Source: Hydrolagus colliei
Taxonomy: Eukaryota
DNA: 64,000 nucleotides
Assembly (NCBI GenBank): GCA_035084275.1
Contig: CM068756.1
Span: forward strand, 14,136,001-14,200,000
Direction of reading: 5' to 3'
Below are positions 1 to 13,277 of this stretch, one piece after another. Each line of letters opens with the position of its first letter. Positions within the stretch are counted from its first letter, which is position 1. The notes under the pieces are model-generated. The model saw nothing but the letters and a program-made list of their open reading frames with translations. It made no database searches and was not told the origin of the DNA. Position numbers and translations under genes: made by a program.

Positions 1-1785
1 AATCATTTAATCAAGTCTTAAGATGCGGTGCAGGTGTTTGGGTCCATGCAATACTCGGTACAGATGCCAGGGGTCAGGATGTCACAATAAATCCCTTTCA
101 ACCATCACTTAAAGTAGATTTGTGAGCTGTGCATATATTGCCTCATTCCACCTGATACTGAGGGTGTTATTAGTAGCTTCACTTACTGACAATCTGGTCA
201 CAAATAACAACCACATTATGGTTTTAAGCTTCCATTGCTAGATTTTATTAAAGATCACGAAAATAATGAGGGATATACACGCAAGCTTACCTTCAATTCC
301 CTTCCACTCTCGGAAATCAATCTATCAACCGATTAAACACTCAATCAATCAATGTTGTGAGGTAACTCCAAAGGAACTAGCTGCATAGCAACTTTGGCAG
401 ACAGTTTAATTTAAAGTTCTCAGATTCTGGAATTGGTTTAAATGATCTCCCCAGTGACTAGCCTCGGATTTATAATGGAAATTGACAGATTATGTTTTGA
501 GCAGGAAGCAGAACAATAAACACTACCAAGAACCAGCAATTGTGGCTGTTTTTGGGGTAACTCCAAAGGAAACAGCTGCATAGCAACTTCGGCAGAGCGC
601 AGTCAGCACATCACCATCCTGTTCTTAGTTAATGACTGTTCAGAGGCACGGGAGACAAAACAAGATAGATAAATGTTTGTGAAAGTAAAAGAGAATCACT
701 CTAAAATTACACTGTTACAAATGCAAACATCCACTTGGATCATCAACTTATCCCTGCTACACCATGACTACAGCAACAACAAACAAAACTGCATTTACAG
801 ACGCCTTTCACGTCGGGAGGACTGTAGTTGAGGCAATGACTTCACAAGGTTCCTTTCCAAACGGTGCTTCATTTACAACTTAATGTAGAGTACTAGGGAA
901 ATCGGCCCACCATCGTTGTGGATAGAAGAATCGAGAAGAGTCACCAAAAATCATTTAGTTTTGTATCATTCTGTGGTTATAAATACACATTGGAATAAAG
1001 ATCTCTTGCTTTTCACAAAATATAATTATTCGCCCACAAAATATAGTCAATTTATTTTACAGTATATTCTGTGAAGCGCTTTGAGACGTTTGAAAGATGT
1101 GTCAAGTCATTATATCAAATGCAAAGATTGTTATAATTATTTTGTGAAGTCCTGCAGCATGTTGGTTAGAGGGCTTGATTTGTGGCCAGGGCAAAACCTA
1201 AGGCAAGTTTCTTGCTTTGGGTAAAAATATTAAACAACTGTCATTTTTAAAATATAATTTTAATTTGAACGAAATGACATAACTTAATTTTTTTGTCTCA
1301 GAAATCTAATTATCCACAGTTGGCTGCTGAGTTTCACCCACAAAACACAGGGTCACTATACTTTACAATGTATTCTGTGAAGCGTTTTGTGATGTCTATG
1401 TGGTGATAGAATTTGGCCAATAATAGATTGAGTCCGTAGTGTAGCAGTTAGAGCGCTCACCTAACAAACGAGAGGAACTGGGTTTGATTCATGGGCAGGG
1501 CAAATCCTTCACACACACACACACACACCTATGTTTACAATAAGTAGAAACCCACTTGCTCAATTGATAGATTGATTTCTGGGAGTAATAAGCCCTTAAC
1601 ATATATAGATTTGTTCGCTCAATGCACAAACATTTGCTGTTCTCAATTAGCCGCATTGTTTCGCCCAGAAAACATACAGTCACTACACTTGAAATTATAT
1701 TCTGTGACACATTTCAAACGTCTCAAAAATGTGATAAAAGCAATGATTATTAATATTTTGCGAAAGAACCTCTGTCTCGCAATCA

Positions 1786-2103
1786 TTAATAATAATAATC
1801 CTTGCAGTTGATATCGCACTTTTCACACCTTGTGGACATCTCAAAGCGCTTCACAGAATATACTGTAAAGTGAATTGACCATATATTTATGGTTGAAACG
1901 TGGCAGTCAATTGCGCACAGCAGCGCCCCACAAACAGTCGTGGATTCAACTGCAAGTTATTATTTTTTTTGAGGGATTATTATTAGGCCTGTGGAGTAAG
2001 GAAACTTGCCCAAGGTTTCACCCTGACCTGCCTGGATTCGAGCACAGGTCTCGCGCTTGTAAGGCAAGTGCTCTAACCACTGAGCTACACTACAGGACTC
2101 CAC
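1786..2103 (-). mobile_element. tRNA-derived SINE (Deu-type core, L2-like 3' end, (ATT)n tail); representative of a family with dozens of copies or fragments in the window
   Basis: Head TGTAGCTCAGTGGTTAGAGCAC...GGTTCGAATCC (A/B boxes), core tgtgcgcaattggctgccgcgtttcgcccaca, tail gcgctatatcaaatgcaaggattattatt. Confidence 0.85.
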
Positions 2104-3177
2104 AATCATCTTCATCAGCTTCAGTGATGAGAAACAACCAGAAATCGTTTTGACATTTCACTTTGGCTACAACAAAATACAAAGTGAACGCTATAGTTAG
2201 AACTACAGCACTTCATTTACCTCAATGGCAAGATTCACCTCGAGGCTTCAATGGGGGAATTGTTTTCTTGTTAAATGTATTATATCCAAATTAACCTATA
2301 TTCACTTAATCCCAGTCGCCAATGCTAGAACTGTGTTTTAGAGATGAGGCATTTAAGCGTGAATGTGAGTGACCTGATTTTTTTTTCCATTTCACTAACA
2401 ATAATCCTTGTATTTGATAAAGTGCGTTTCACATCTTCTAGATGCCTGAAAGCGCTTCAGAGAATATACTGTAAAGGGAATTGACTATATATTAGTGGGC
2501 GAAACACGACAACTAATTTCCCACAGCAGTGTTCCACAAACAGCTGAGGGTTGAAATGTGCAATGTATTATTGCTTTTTTTTCCTCTCACGTGTGGAGTA
2601 AGGAAACTTGCCCCCAAAGTTTCATACTTGCCTGGAATCAATCCCAGGTCTCTCGCTTGAGAGGCGAGTGCTCCAAACACTGAGCCACAGGACTCCACTT
2701 ATAAAGGGACGAATAAAACCATGGTCTCCAAACAATGTGAAAAAACGAATAAAATAGAGATTTGAATGACCATAATAAAATGTGCTGAAAAGATGCAGAG
2801 TGCTGAACATAAAATAAAGGTGTTAAACTATACTGTATGTATATATTTCATGACGTTAAAAGTTGCCGGTGAATCGACACAGAAGCGAATGGATAAGTTT
2901 GCATAAGTGTCGATCAACAGAACATTTCAATAAACAACCCACAGCTGTTATCCTTTAACTCGATCTCAGAGCTTCGGGGCCGTAGTTTCTTGGCCAGGAA
3001 ACCTCGATTTTGTTGGAAACTGCAGGCCATAAGCGTGACATCCGTTTTATGTGTGTGTGTGTGTGTGTTGTAGGTTTCAGATTAAGGGCAAAGACTGCAA
3101 AAAATCCATTCCCCAAATAACTTGGTAGCCCTTTGCCCAGTCCTGGCGAAGAAATCCGTTTAAATCTGTTGTCTAAC

Positions 3178-3232
3178 ATGTTTGTGAGGAGCTCGGTTCG
3201 ATGGGCATTCATCCTGGGGATGATTTACACAG
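3178..3232 (+). CDS. Gene 1 leader exon
   Basis: ATG at 3178, 18 codons + G, hydrophobic (WAFILGMIYT), donor CAG|gtcagt. Same length and phase as the gene 2 leader. Confidence 0.7.
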
Positions 3233-6200
3233 GTCAGTCCTTCCAAATGAAGCCTTCAATAATTAGTTATTGAGAATGACTGTATTAATTAGTAATAATT
3301 CTCCAAAACGATTGATTTGAGGGTAAAGCAGGGTCTCTGTATGAATTATACAATGGTTTGTTATTTTGGCGTGACCATTGGTTCTATTCGTAGTTATTTT
3401 GAAACAATACTAATAATAAAAAAACGTTTTGATTTGATATTAGAGCCTTGTTGAGACGTCTCAACGCGCTTCACAGAATTCACTAAACTGCATTGACAGT
3501 GTTTCATAGGGAAACGGAGCAGAACATTGGTTTAAATTATTAACTGTGTCTATATTTGACGGTTTTTTATATCTATATATATATATATACTGTATGTAGA
3601 TATTTACTGATGTGATGTTGTCCATTCTCTACAGTTGTTGAGAATTCCCAGATTAAGCAAATTCCCCCCTCTCTGCAAAGTGAGAAAGGCTCTACGGTCA
3701 AGTTTTACTGCGTCTTTCCCCTCACTTCCGATCAAAATGCAATTAAGGTTCGTTGGTGGAAAGACGGAGATCGTGATTTCTTAGACGCAAAGAAAGATTC
3801 CCGAAATACCTTCACCATTGCAAGCAGGGCAGGCGCGGAGTTTCAGCTTCAGAGATTGAGGGTGAGCGATGCAGGAATGTATTACTGCAAAGTGGAGGGC
3901 GAGTACACTGGCAATGGGACAGGCTCCGAGCTCCGTGTCTCTGGTGAGTGTCAACACCAATGTGGCTTGAAAAAAAATTGTGCACGTTTAATGTATTTGT
4001 AAATATCTTCGTTTTCTTCGGTTTTATGAAATATATATTGTATTAGTTCAATTTCTATATAATGTTTATATGTTATATTTCACTCAAAATCTTCTGCTTT
4101 AGCTGTTTTCTATTATATATGTAAACATACCTCACATATTAGTATGTATATATGGTTTATATATCCTATACATATGAATTATATATGGATATATATGTGT
4201 GTATATAATGTTTATATGTATAAATTTACTTTGCAACAGTGAGTTTTCGTTGCTTCCACAACTGCACTGAAAACAATTGAATTTAATTTGCAAAACGGAT
4301 CTCTCAGTCAGTCCCATAGACACCTCACATTTGATTGCATTTAGTAGCTGTTTGTGCAAAAAAACACACGTGTCACTGAGGCTGCTGCTATTTCAGACTA
4401 TTTTCGAGTATATAAAGACTGATCTGAGCCCTACAATAAAAACAAACACGTTCAGGTGTGTGAGAACGATTGCTTACTATATCGGATTGCACAACATTGG
4501 CTATATTTCTAGTGCCCACCGCACTGTCCCATATACAACGATGTTTCGAAATCGATTCTATTTATGTGTATGAGGAGGTGGAAAGTTTTGAGAGATTATT
4601 TCAAAACCCATCGAATCTATACATCAAGAAATGCCACAATAAGCGTCAGACAAACAGCTAACCTAGTATAATCTGTGTTTAGCTTTATGTGTTAGCTTTA
4701 CCGGGAGATATGCATTGAAATTAATTTATATTTAAAACGTCTGTCTCTGAATCAATGGGAGGAGACATCATGGTTGTTATTACTCTCTCAATTTTATTTG
4801 AAATGAAATCAGGTCATTTACCCTATTATTGATTTAAATGTTTTAACTTTTCACTCAGGTCACAAATAATTTCCTTCACATCAAATAATCACATTCACTT
4901 TAGTAGAATGGTCCCCTCCTTCTGAGCTATGTTTGATGCAAAACGATTTTTAAAATTTTATTTCAAATATCACTTAAAGAATCTCCCCCATGCCCACTAC
5001 AACTAAGTTAATGGCAGACTTCAAACTACCCTGTGGATGTACTGCATGATCAGATACCACTTCCGGAGTTCGGTATTTTAACCTAAACTGAACATTTGGG
5101 ACAATACTACTAAGAATAATCCTTGCATTTGATACATCACTGTTCAACTCCAGACGATGTCTCATAAGCATTTCACAGGGTTGTATAATAATAATAATAC
5201 TAATCCTTGCAGTTGATATAGTGTCTTATCATGTTGTTGACATGTCTCAAACGCACTTCACAGGATATACTGTTAAAATGAATTGGTTGTGTGTTTTCTG
5301 AGCGAAACTGTAAATTCTGATGGCTGTGTGTTTTGCAGGTAGATGCTGTAGCCAATTTGTGCACATCAATGATCCACAATCTTTTAATATCGGCTGAAAG
5401 AAAAGGTGTTCAGAAATAGTGTACTTTATTCCAGCGCCACATTGTAACAGATATTTGCCTAACCCAAGGCTCTGGATTTCTAACAGGACAGAATCACATC
5501 CAGAATATTGGGAACTACACTATTAATAATAATCATTGCATTTAATTTCATATGAGGAGGACATCTCAAAGCACTTTGCGGGATTTATCATAAAGTGTAC
5601 TGACTGTGTCTTTCACAGGACTAGTCAATTTGTACATAGCACTATCTATCCCACATATAGCTCTGAAGCAAACACACAATTTATCTGGAGGATTATCAGA
5701 TGGAGTGGAAACTATCTTCATAATCCCTCGAAAAGCACTCTTTATTAATGGCATTCTCTACCCCAGAAGGTGTAGATGCTCAGTCATTGAACATATTAAA
5801 GACTGAAATTGACAACTTTTCAAAAGCTGAAGGGATTAAGGGATATGGGGTTAAGGGCGGGTAAATGGAATTAGGATAGAATCTTATTAAATGGCTGAGG
5901 GGGCGAATGGTCTACTCCTGCTTCCTACATTTTATATTCTTATGTTGACATTGTTGTCATCTAGGTGGTACAAGAAGTCCGAATTTCAACCCAAGCAACG
6001 AATAAACCTAAATTGAAACAGTTTGTGGTAAATTGGCTGCCGCGTTTTGCCCACAAAATACACAGTCAGGCTGACTTCACCATATATTTTGTGAAGCATT
6101 TTGAGATGGCTATTAAAATTTATTTTAAATATTTTTAAAATCACCACAGAAAAAAGGAAAATTAGGGGAATTTTTACAACAGAAGCAATTCATATCCTGA

Positions 6201-7886
6201 TTGCCTGACGCAGAGCTTCCTTTGATTCCCCTTCTTCCTTAGGTAATGACCATAACTTTATGCTAAATTGAAACTTCTAATTGTATTTCCTTAAGGATCT
6301 TAAATTCTGTTTTAGACAATATATAGTGTTGTCTTTAATGTTCAGTAATACATTACAGCTGCTGCAAGCTATTTCTTTTGACAAACATTCATTTGTTTAG
6401 TTTACACAGAATACAATTAACTTTGTTGGCACCTTGCACCTTGTTAAATGGATTGACTATATTTTCAGACTGACACATTTGCAGCCCAGTTGCACACAGC
6501 AATGTCCCATAAACAGCCATGAAACATATGAGTAATTGTATTCGGGAAGTTTGTCCAGGTCACCGGGAGATGCTCTCTCTGTTGTCGAGAAATACTTTGG
6601 GATGTTTCCAAGCTATAGGTGCTTTCAAACTTCAAGTTCATTCTTTCATAGATGAAAGGACTTTCTACCATTATCCTGACAGACAATACCCCAGAGAAAA
6701 CAAAAATATGCTACTCTTCATGTGGGCTATTGCTGTGCACAGACCAACTGCAGGATTTGTCCACAAATACCCAGTCACTACACTTTGGAGAAAAATCTGG
6801 AAATGATTGCTTTTGTGTGATAGAACATTATATTAAGTTACATTATGTGCAACTTTCGTTTCATACCGTTTATTAACTTTCTGACTCAAACTTAGTATCC
6901 ATGGAGTTATTAAATACAGTACTGCAAAGCAAATCAGCATTGTGATACCCAGTGAAATATGGTACAAAATATTTCATATTATATTAAAAATTGAAAACTC
7001 TTTTCTTGTTTGTTAACATCTTTCAAGCTCCTCCAACTGACCTGAAGATTTCCTCCACGGGGTCGTCGCTTTCTCCAACATATATGTGCACAACCACCGG
7101 GTTTTATCCTGATAACTTAAAGATGGAGTTCTTTAAAAATGACAAAAAACTAACAGCAGTAAAAGAACTGAAACAAAAGACACCAGAGGGAGACTATAAT
7201 TTTTCCAGCTCTGTGGAAGAGAAACAGCCTGTCCCGATTGGGACCGTATATTCCTGTAAGGTATCGCACTCCGCCCTCAAGAATTCACCCAAGACGGTCA
7301 CTTACACAGAAGGTAAGGGAAGCATATTATTGGAAATACTAGGGTATTTTTTGACGGTACCAAAGTACAATACTTTGATGGACTCCAGAGCATTGCTGAT
7401 ACAGACCAGCCAGAATGGCTCAGACCCTTCGGAAACAGGGATTCTTCCCATTGCAGCTGCTGTTAACACTGCAGCCCAAAGCCCTAACTCGTAGGGTTTT
7501 ACTAGATGCACAAACAGAGGGAAACTTGCCACGAATGGCATATTATTGTGTTGGTGATGGTGATTGTGTTGTTGATTAACATGATGGTGGTGATGATGTT
7601 TATTATTATAATAATAATAATTATTATTATTATTATTGAGGGTTTTAATCGGGTTAAACTCCAGCAGTCATCAAGTCTTGTCTCTTGCCAACCTGCGTTT
7701 GATCCTCTCCGGGATTCAGTACTGATTCGGTGTGATTTTTACGTATGAAAATAAATTGGCGTTTTATTTCCGTTTCAGAAAAAGAAACCGAAGACCCTTT
7801 TCCCTGGTGGATCTACGCTTGTATAAGTGCTGGAGTTCTACTTCTGCTGCTCACAATAATAATAATGCTTGCCTGTTGTTGCAGAA
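3178..7886 (+). CDS. Gene 1: VJ-C1-TM Ig-superfamily receptor (exons 3178-3232, 3635-3943, 7028-7312, 7779-7886; cytoplasmic exons uncertain)
   Basis: Four exons with AG/GT boundaries, all joining in phase 1 into one open frame: MFVRSSVRWAFILGMIYT-V-VENSQIKQIP...YYCKVEGEYTGNGTGSELRVS-A-PPTDLK...CTTTGFYPD...YSCKVSHSAL...-E-KETEDPFPWWIYACISAGVLLLLLTIIIMLACCCR. Confidence 0.85.
3635..3943 (+). CDS. Gene 1 V-set (VJ-type) domain exon, not in the ORF track
   Basis: ttctctacag| acceptor, |gtgagt donor, 309 nt phase 1-1. C-VFP, W-W-K, DAGMYYC and the G-strand GNGTGSELRV motif are all present. Confidence 0.92.
5690..5945 (+). mobile_element. CR1 LINE 3' end
   Basis: ccccagaagg-tgtagatgctcagtcattgaacat...ctactcctgct...(cttatg) tail, homologous to 62370-62580. 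Confidence 0.75.
7028..7312 (+). CDS. Gene 1 C1-set domain exon
   Basis: Inside ORF 6991-7494. CTTTGFYPD and YSCKVSHSAL C1 motifs, 285 nt phase 1-1, donor |gtaagg. Confidence 0.9.
7779..7886 (+). CDS. Gene 1 transmembrane exon
   Basis: cgtttcag| acceptor, |gtaagt donor, 108 nt. Uncharged ~22-aa hydrophobic stretch followed by CCCR. Confidence 0.88.
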
Positions 7887-10191
7887 GTAAGTGTATTTCA
7901 TTGATCGTTATTAAGTTTGTTTTGATAAGAATAATAACTCTTGCAATTGATATAACGCTTATAACAACAAAACTGCTCAAATGCTTTGCAGGCAAATTAG
8001 CACAAATTAGCCTAGAAACATGTAGTCTCTTAACTGCATTTATATATGAAGCATTTTCAGGTGGCTATAGGATTACTGTGAAGCACTTTATTTCCAGTGA
8101 AGGGTTTGAGACTTTGCGACGTTGTTGGCATGAAATACAGAGCCGTTCAAAAACAACCAACAAACAACACAATAACTTGTATTTATATAGTGTCCTCCAG
8201 GCTGGGCAGCATTTCAGACTGATTAGCAATGGCAGAGCCCGAGACTGAGCCAGGCAGATGGGGAATTTGGCCGTAAGCGCGGTCAAAATAAGTTCAAGTA
8301 AGGAGGAGATTCCCAAGCCATTAAGAGGACCTATTGGGCACCCGGGCTGAGGGTGGGAGCCAAAGAGGGAAAGATGATGGAAAGTGCAGTCAAACAGAAA
8401 GGTTCTCAGTATCAGTTTGAAAGTGAGCAGGATAACCACTATAATTGACGTCGATAAGATGTGAAAAGCGCCAGATCAAATGCGAGGATTATTATATGTA
8501 TTATTAATTCATTTTATGTTTAAAAATTAACAAATATTTTTGCCACAAGTGTTTGATTAAAAGATTAGCACATCACATTGAATATCCCCTCCGACTTTAC
8601 TTGTTATTAATCTATGCACTTCTAAATATGTCTTATTTGACTTGATACTGTGGTTTGGATATAAGAATCTCTGATCAGCCTGATTAATGGACATATTGTT
8701 ATGGACCTTGTTATGTGCAAATTTCTTTCAGGTCAGTTAACAGCGTTGTGGCAGACTGAACTGTGATCTCAACAGCAAGAATCATTGACCACATTTCCAT
8801 TGTGTTGCAATCTCAGCCTAAATTGAAAGCTAGTCACGAGAAGTGATATGATCATTTCCTCTTTTAAATTAAGAAAACAAATTGCAACACTGAATTGCTC
8901 AATACAGTTTAAAAAAATACGTTTAAGTAGAAAAACAACCTCTGTGCTTTAAAAGTAATTCTCATACAAATATATACTTTCGAACAAAAAAACTATGAAA
9001 TAGTATAGTCTATGAAATAATAGTAAATATTAAACAATACCTCAGTTTTCACTGATTTACCACGATGACTTGTTTGTTAAAAGTGCCAAAAAATTGACAG
9101 AAAAATACAATCATTGCACTTTACAGTGGAGTGAGGCATCAGTGCTAATTGCTTTGAGTTGTTCATTCCTAATGTAAGAACTGTTTTATGATACACAATG
9201 ATTTATATTATTTTTCTCCGATCTACACATACAGTCCGGTAGCTCAGTGGTTATTGTATTCGCCTTGCAAGCGAGAGACCTGGGTTTGATTACCCACAGG
9301 CAAAACTTGGAGCAAGTTTCCTTACTCCACATGCCTCTGTTTACTTAGTAGTAAGTTGGAACCTGGTTGTTAGTCGATTAGTAGATCACTTTTCCGGGAA
9401 TGATGATCCCTAACAAATAACTTGGTCCCTCAACCCACGACTGTTTGTGGGTTACTGCTGTGCACATTTGGCTGCTGTGTTTCGCCCACATTCAATCCAC
9501 TTTATATTATATTCTGTGAAGCACTTTGAGATGTCTGGAAGATATGAAAAGGACTATAACAAATGCAAGGATTATTATTATTTATTATTGTGGTTACGAT
9601 ACCTAATTGCTCTTAATAATGTATGCATGGGAACCCATGATATCCACAATGTCCAACACATAACAACAAACGGCAAAAAACGAAGACCATTTTATCCAAA
9701 GGACTAGATCTGGGGTCTCTTGCTTGTGACGTCGGTGCTCTAATCACTGAGCTACAGGACTGTATGTACAGATACTGCAAACTAATATAATAATAATAAT
9801 CCTTGAATTTCATATCTTCAAGATGTCTCAAAGCATTTGAAGATAAATCTTTGTATTTGATAAAGCACCTTTTGTATTCAAAGGACAATTTACCTACATG
9901 AAAGGCAACCATTCAAATGTAAGAATTTTGTTTTATTTAGGTTCCATGTCAGTGGAAGGTAAATGTTGGATTCTCGATCTGGTTCCGAGCTTGTAAGATT
10001 GTCTTTTAGCTAGGAATCTAAAACCATCTTCAATCATATCCAAACCAAGCTCTGAGTTTCACTGGATAAAGCTGAAAAACCTTTCCTTTTTTAAAATCAT
10101 CGATAGCATGAAAACAGCTAATGGTTCTGTTTTATTTATATTATCTAAACTAGAATTCTTTACATGTGTCATTCCAATGTTTTTCATACAG

Positions 10192-10274
10192 AGCGAGCTA
10201 AGAGACGTAAATCGGATCACTGTGTACGTTGCTCTGGATTGAAAACTGCAAAGCCCCAATGCAAGCAAGAGGAA
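10192..10274 (+). CDS. Gene 1 candidate cytoplasmic exon (homologous to the ITIM exon of genes 3/4, frame-shifted)
   Basis: tttttcatacag| and |gtgagt. Phase 0 reads ...ITVYVALD*; the +1 frame continues LKTAKPQCKQEE (compare VAYVALDLKSSNKTPRTKQQEE in gene 4). A possible 18-nt phase 1-1 mini-exon lies at 9941-9958. Confidence 0.5.
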
Positions 10275-10425
10275 GTGAGTTGCCAGATCGCTGAGAAGCC
10301 CAAAACAAATGTGAATCAAGGAACAAAAGTGAAGAACAAAGCACCAAAAAGCCAGAAGCGCCATATGAAAAATAAGGACCCTATCCTTGAATGAATGAAT
10401 TAAGAACAGTCTTGATTAACAGACA

Positions 10426-10572
10426 TAAGGACATAAGAACATAAGAATAAGGAGCAGGAGTAGGCCATTCGGCCCCTCGAGCCTGCCCCGTCATTCAACA
10501 AGATCATGGCTGATCTTCTAATCTAACTCCACCTGCCCGCCTGACCCCCTTATCCCTTCATCCCTTTATCCA
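10426..10572 (-). mobile_element. CR1 LINE 3' end
   Basis: acataagaacataagaa tail + ggagcaggagtaggccattcggcccctcgagcctgc. Confidence 0.8.
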
Positions 10573-13011
10573 TAAAATGGTAATTATTGAAACTTTTTAT
10601 TTGTATTAAAGTACGTGTCGTTAGTAATTAAATGTTTTCAAAACATATTCAGCGTTCATGGTTCTGGTTTCCATTCAAGTAACTGTGCTCTGGTTGACTC
10701 CTTGATTTTTATCAGCCCAGAATTTGTTTCAATTCAATTCAATTCATGGCTACCATGTTTCGCCCACAAATGTACAGTCAATTCACTTTACATTATTAAT
10801 GTACCACTCAATGAACATCTCAAAGTGATTAACACTGGTGCCTCACTGCATTGTACAGTGTACAAATTGTGTTTTATGGTCAATTTTGTGCACTTTTAAC
10901 TATGAGGCCATAGGTTAATATTTAATATTGAGTATTATTTAATCGTGAGCTTTCTTTGTTTGAATGTATATATTCCTATGATAATTACTTTCCAAGTAAA
11001 GAGGTTGTTTTTCTACTTCAATGTATTTTTATTATATTGAGCAATTTATTTTCTTAAGTTAACTATCCCAGGATAAAAGAGGGTTTCACTTCTTGTGCCA
11101 AAATGTTAAATTTTGGCTGATTAATTGCAACACAATGGAAACAATGGGATCTTTGCTACTCAAATCACATTTCAGTCTACCACAATACACCTGAGGCTTT
11201 AAAGTAATTTGCATGCAACAAGGTTCACGACAATATTTCTGATCCCAGGCTGATCAGAGATTCTTGTATCCGAAACACAATATCAACTGAAATGAGACAT
11301 ATTGAGAAGTGCATGGATTAACAAGTGAAGTTAGAGGAGATATTCAATGTAATATACTAAACCTTTCACCAAACACTTGCGGCATAAAAATATTTGTTAA
11401 ATATTAAACGTAAAATGAATTACAGTATAATGGTTATTTTGCTCACTTTCAATTTGATACTGAAAATCTATCTCTTCGACTGCACTTTTTTCCATCATCT
11501 TTCCCTTCCCCACCCTCTTTGGCTCCCACCCTCAGCTCCAGTTTCTAATTCCTAATCGGTCCTGTTTATGGCTTGGGATCTCTTCCTTAGTTGGACTTAT
11601 TTTGACCGCGCTTACAGTCACGTTCCCCATCTGCCTGGCTCTGTCTCGGGCTTTGCCATTGTTAATCGTTATGAAACACCGTGCAGCATGGAGGGCGCTG
11701 AGTAAGTGCAAAGAGTTTCACAGGAGATAAAATGCTTCCCAAGGAATCAAAGAGCCATCTGCAAAAAACTTCATATGTAAATGCTGTAAATTCAGCGTCT
11801 TGGGACAACTTCCTGATGTGAAAGGCGTTCTATAAATGTAATTTTGTTGTTGTTTTAGATGTTTCTAAGCAAGTACAGCAGCTAATTTGCACATAACGAG
11901 GTCCACGCATAACAACAAACAGTTATGATGCGAATGACCATTTTATTCGCCCACAAATATATAGTCAATTCACTTTACAGTATATTCTGTGAAGCACTTT
12001 GGGACGTTGATAAGATGTGGAAAGCGCTATATCAAATGCAAAGATTATTATTATTTATCATTATATTTGAAGGACTGTTGAGCAGGACACTGAGAGAAGC
12101 TCTTCAAAGTATAAAGGGTTCTTTAAAAATAATAATCCCTAATAATAATAATCCTTGCATTTTATATAGCACTTTTCACGTGTTCTAGATGTCTCAAAGC
12201 GCTTCACAGAATATACTGTAAAGTTGAATTAACTGTATATTTGTGAGCAAAACGCAGCATCCAATTGCATACAGCAGTGACCCACAAACAGCCAGTGATC
12301 AATTTATTATTATTGTTCCCTAAACATTTAATCTGATGTCTTATCACACTGAAATATCTCAAAGCCTCTCGCAGGGGATTTTTCTGGAAAGTTTACTGAC
12401 CATATTTGAAGGTCAATGTGACTGACGGTTAAATTTGCACACCTACCTCCCAGAAACTGTCGTGAACTGAATTAATGAATAAACAAAGGTCAGTACAACT
12501 GGAATAAATTTGTTAAAACTCCTTTAAAACAGTAGACATAGCAACTTTAGTAGGCAGAGTGGATCTTGGATTCAATTCTAATTGATTTAAGGAGGCGATT
12601 ACACTAAAGCAGCACCTCTCCAGCATTACATTCGAGCGTGAGCTCAAAGCCCTGACAACAGACTCCTGGTCTCGAGTGCTACTATCTAAGACAAATGGAA
12701 ACCTGTATCAAGTGTAGTGACTGTTTTTGTAAACAAATGTAGCACTCACGCTGGGCACAGCAAGATTCCACAAACAGCCATGAGGGGACACAATTTGCCG
12801 TTGGAGTACTAGCTGCTAATCACTCCACATCGCTTTGACTCAATATCGGAAGCTAATCTACCATTAAATATCCGAAGCCCAATGATCTCCTTTAATGAGG
12901 CCTTAACCTTTCTACAAATTGCGCTTATTTCGTACCAGTTTTAATTCTAAATCCAGTAGTCAACTTTAAAGTGCGGAAATGTTTGAAACAATTCGACGTG
13001 TATTATTTCAG

Positions 13012-13277
13012 GGTGTTGTCTACAGTAAAGCTGGACGGTAGCAGTCCTCGAAGGACTCGGTGCAAAGTTGTGTGGTTTGCTTTTAAACGGTTGTAACAGT
13101 TATGTGACCATCTGTAAGCCTGAAGCGTGCATTCTCCTGTTGATAAAACCAGTCTCCGGAGGAAACGACAGATCAGATTGACGGTGACAACGACCTGAAC
13201 AGATGTTCATCCGAGATGTGGTTTTACTCTATGATCCCCGTTTCTCGTTCATTTTCAAAAGCTATGTATTTAATAAA
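13012..13277 (+). other. Gene 1 candidate terminal exon with poly(A) signal
   Basis: tattatttcag| acceptor, GVVYSK(AGR*) in phase 0, non-repetitive sequence ending in AATAAA at 13272-13277. Confidence 0.4.

Larger units (their letters stand above)
8170..11710. repeat. Old inverted repeat, arms about 8170-9170 and 10810-11710
   Basis: For example ggatataagaatctctgatcagcctg (8658) vs the reverse complement of caggctgatcagagattcttgtatcc (11246), and ccattgtgttgcaat on both arms. Homology extends beyond the L2 fragment into unique sequence. Confidence 0.8.

Noticed and set aside
7506-7748. Hydrophobic poly-Ile/Val ORF as a membrane protein
   Set aside because: Translation of an intronic (GTT/GAT/ATA/ATT)n simple repeat.
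8732-8766. Alternative gene 1 terminal exon (tttctttcag|, SQLTALWQTEL*)
   Set aside because: Lies in the inverted-repeat arm, the acceptor is not kept in the other arm, and it has no homology to paralog tails.
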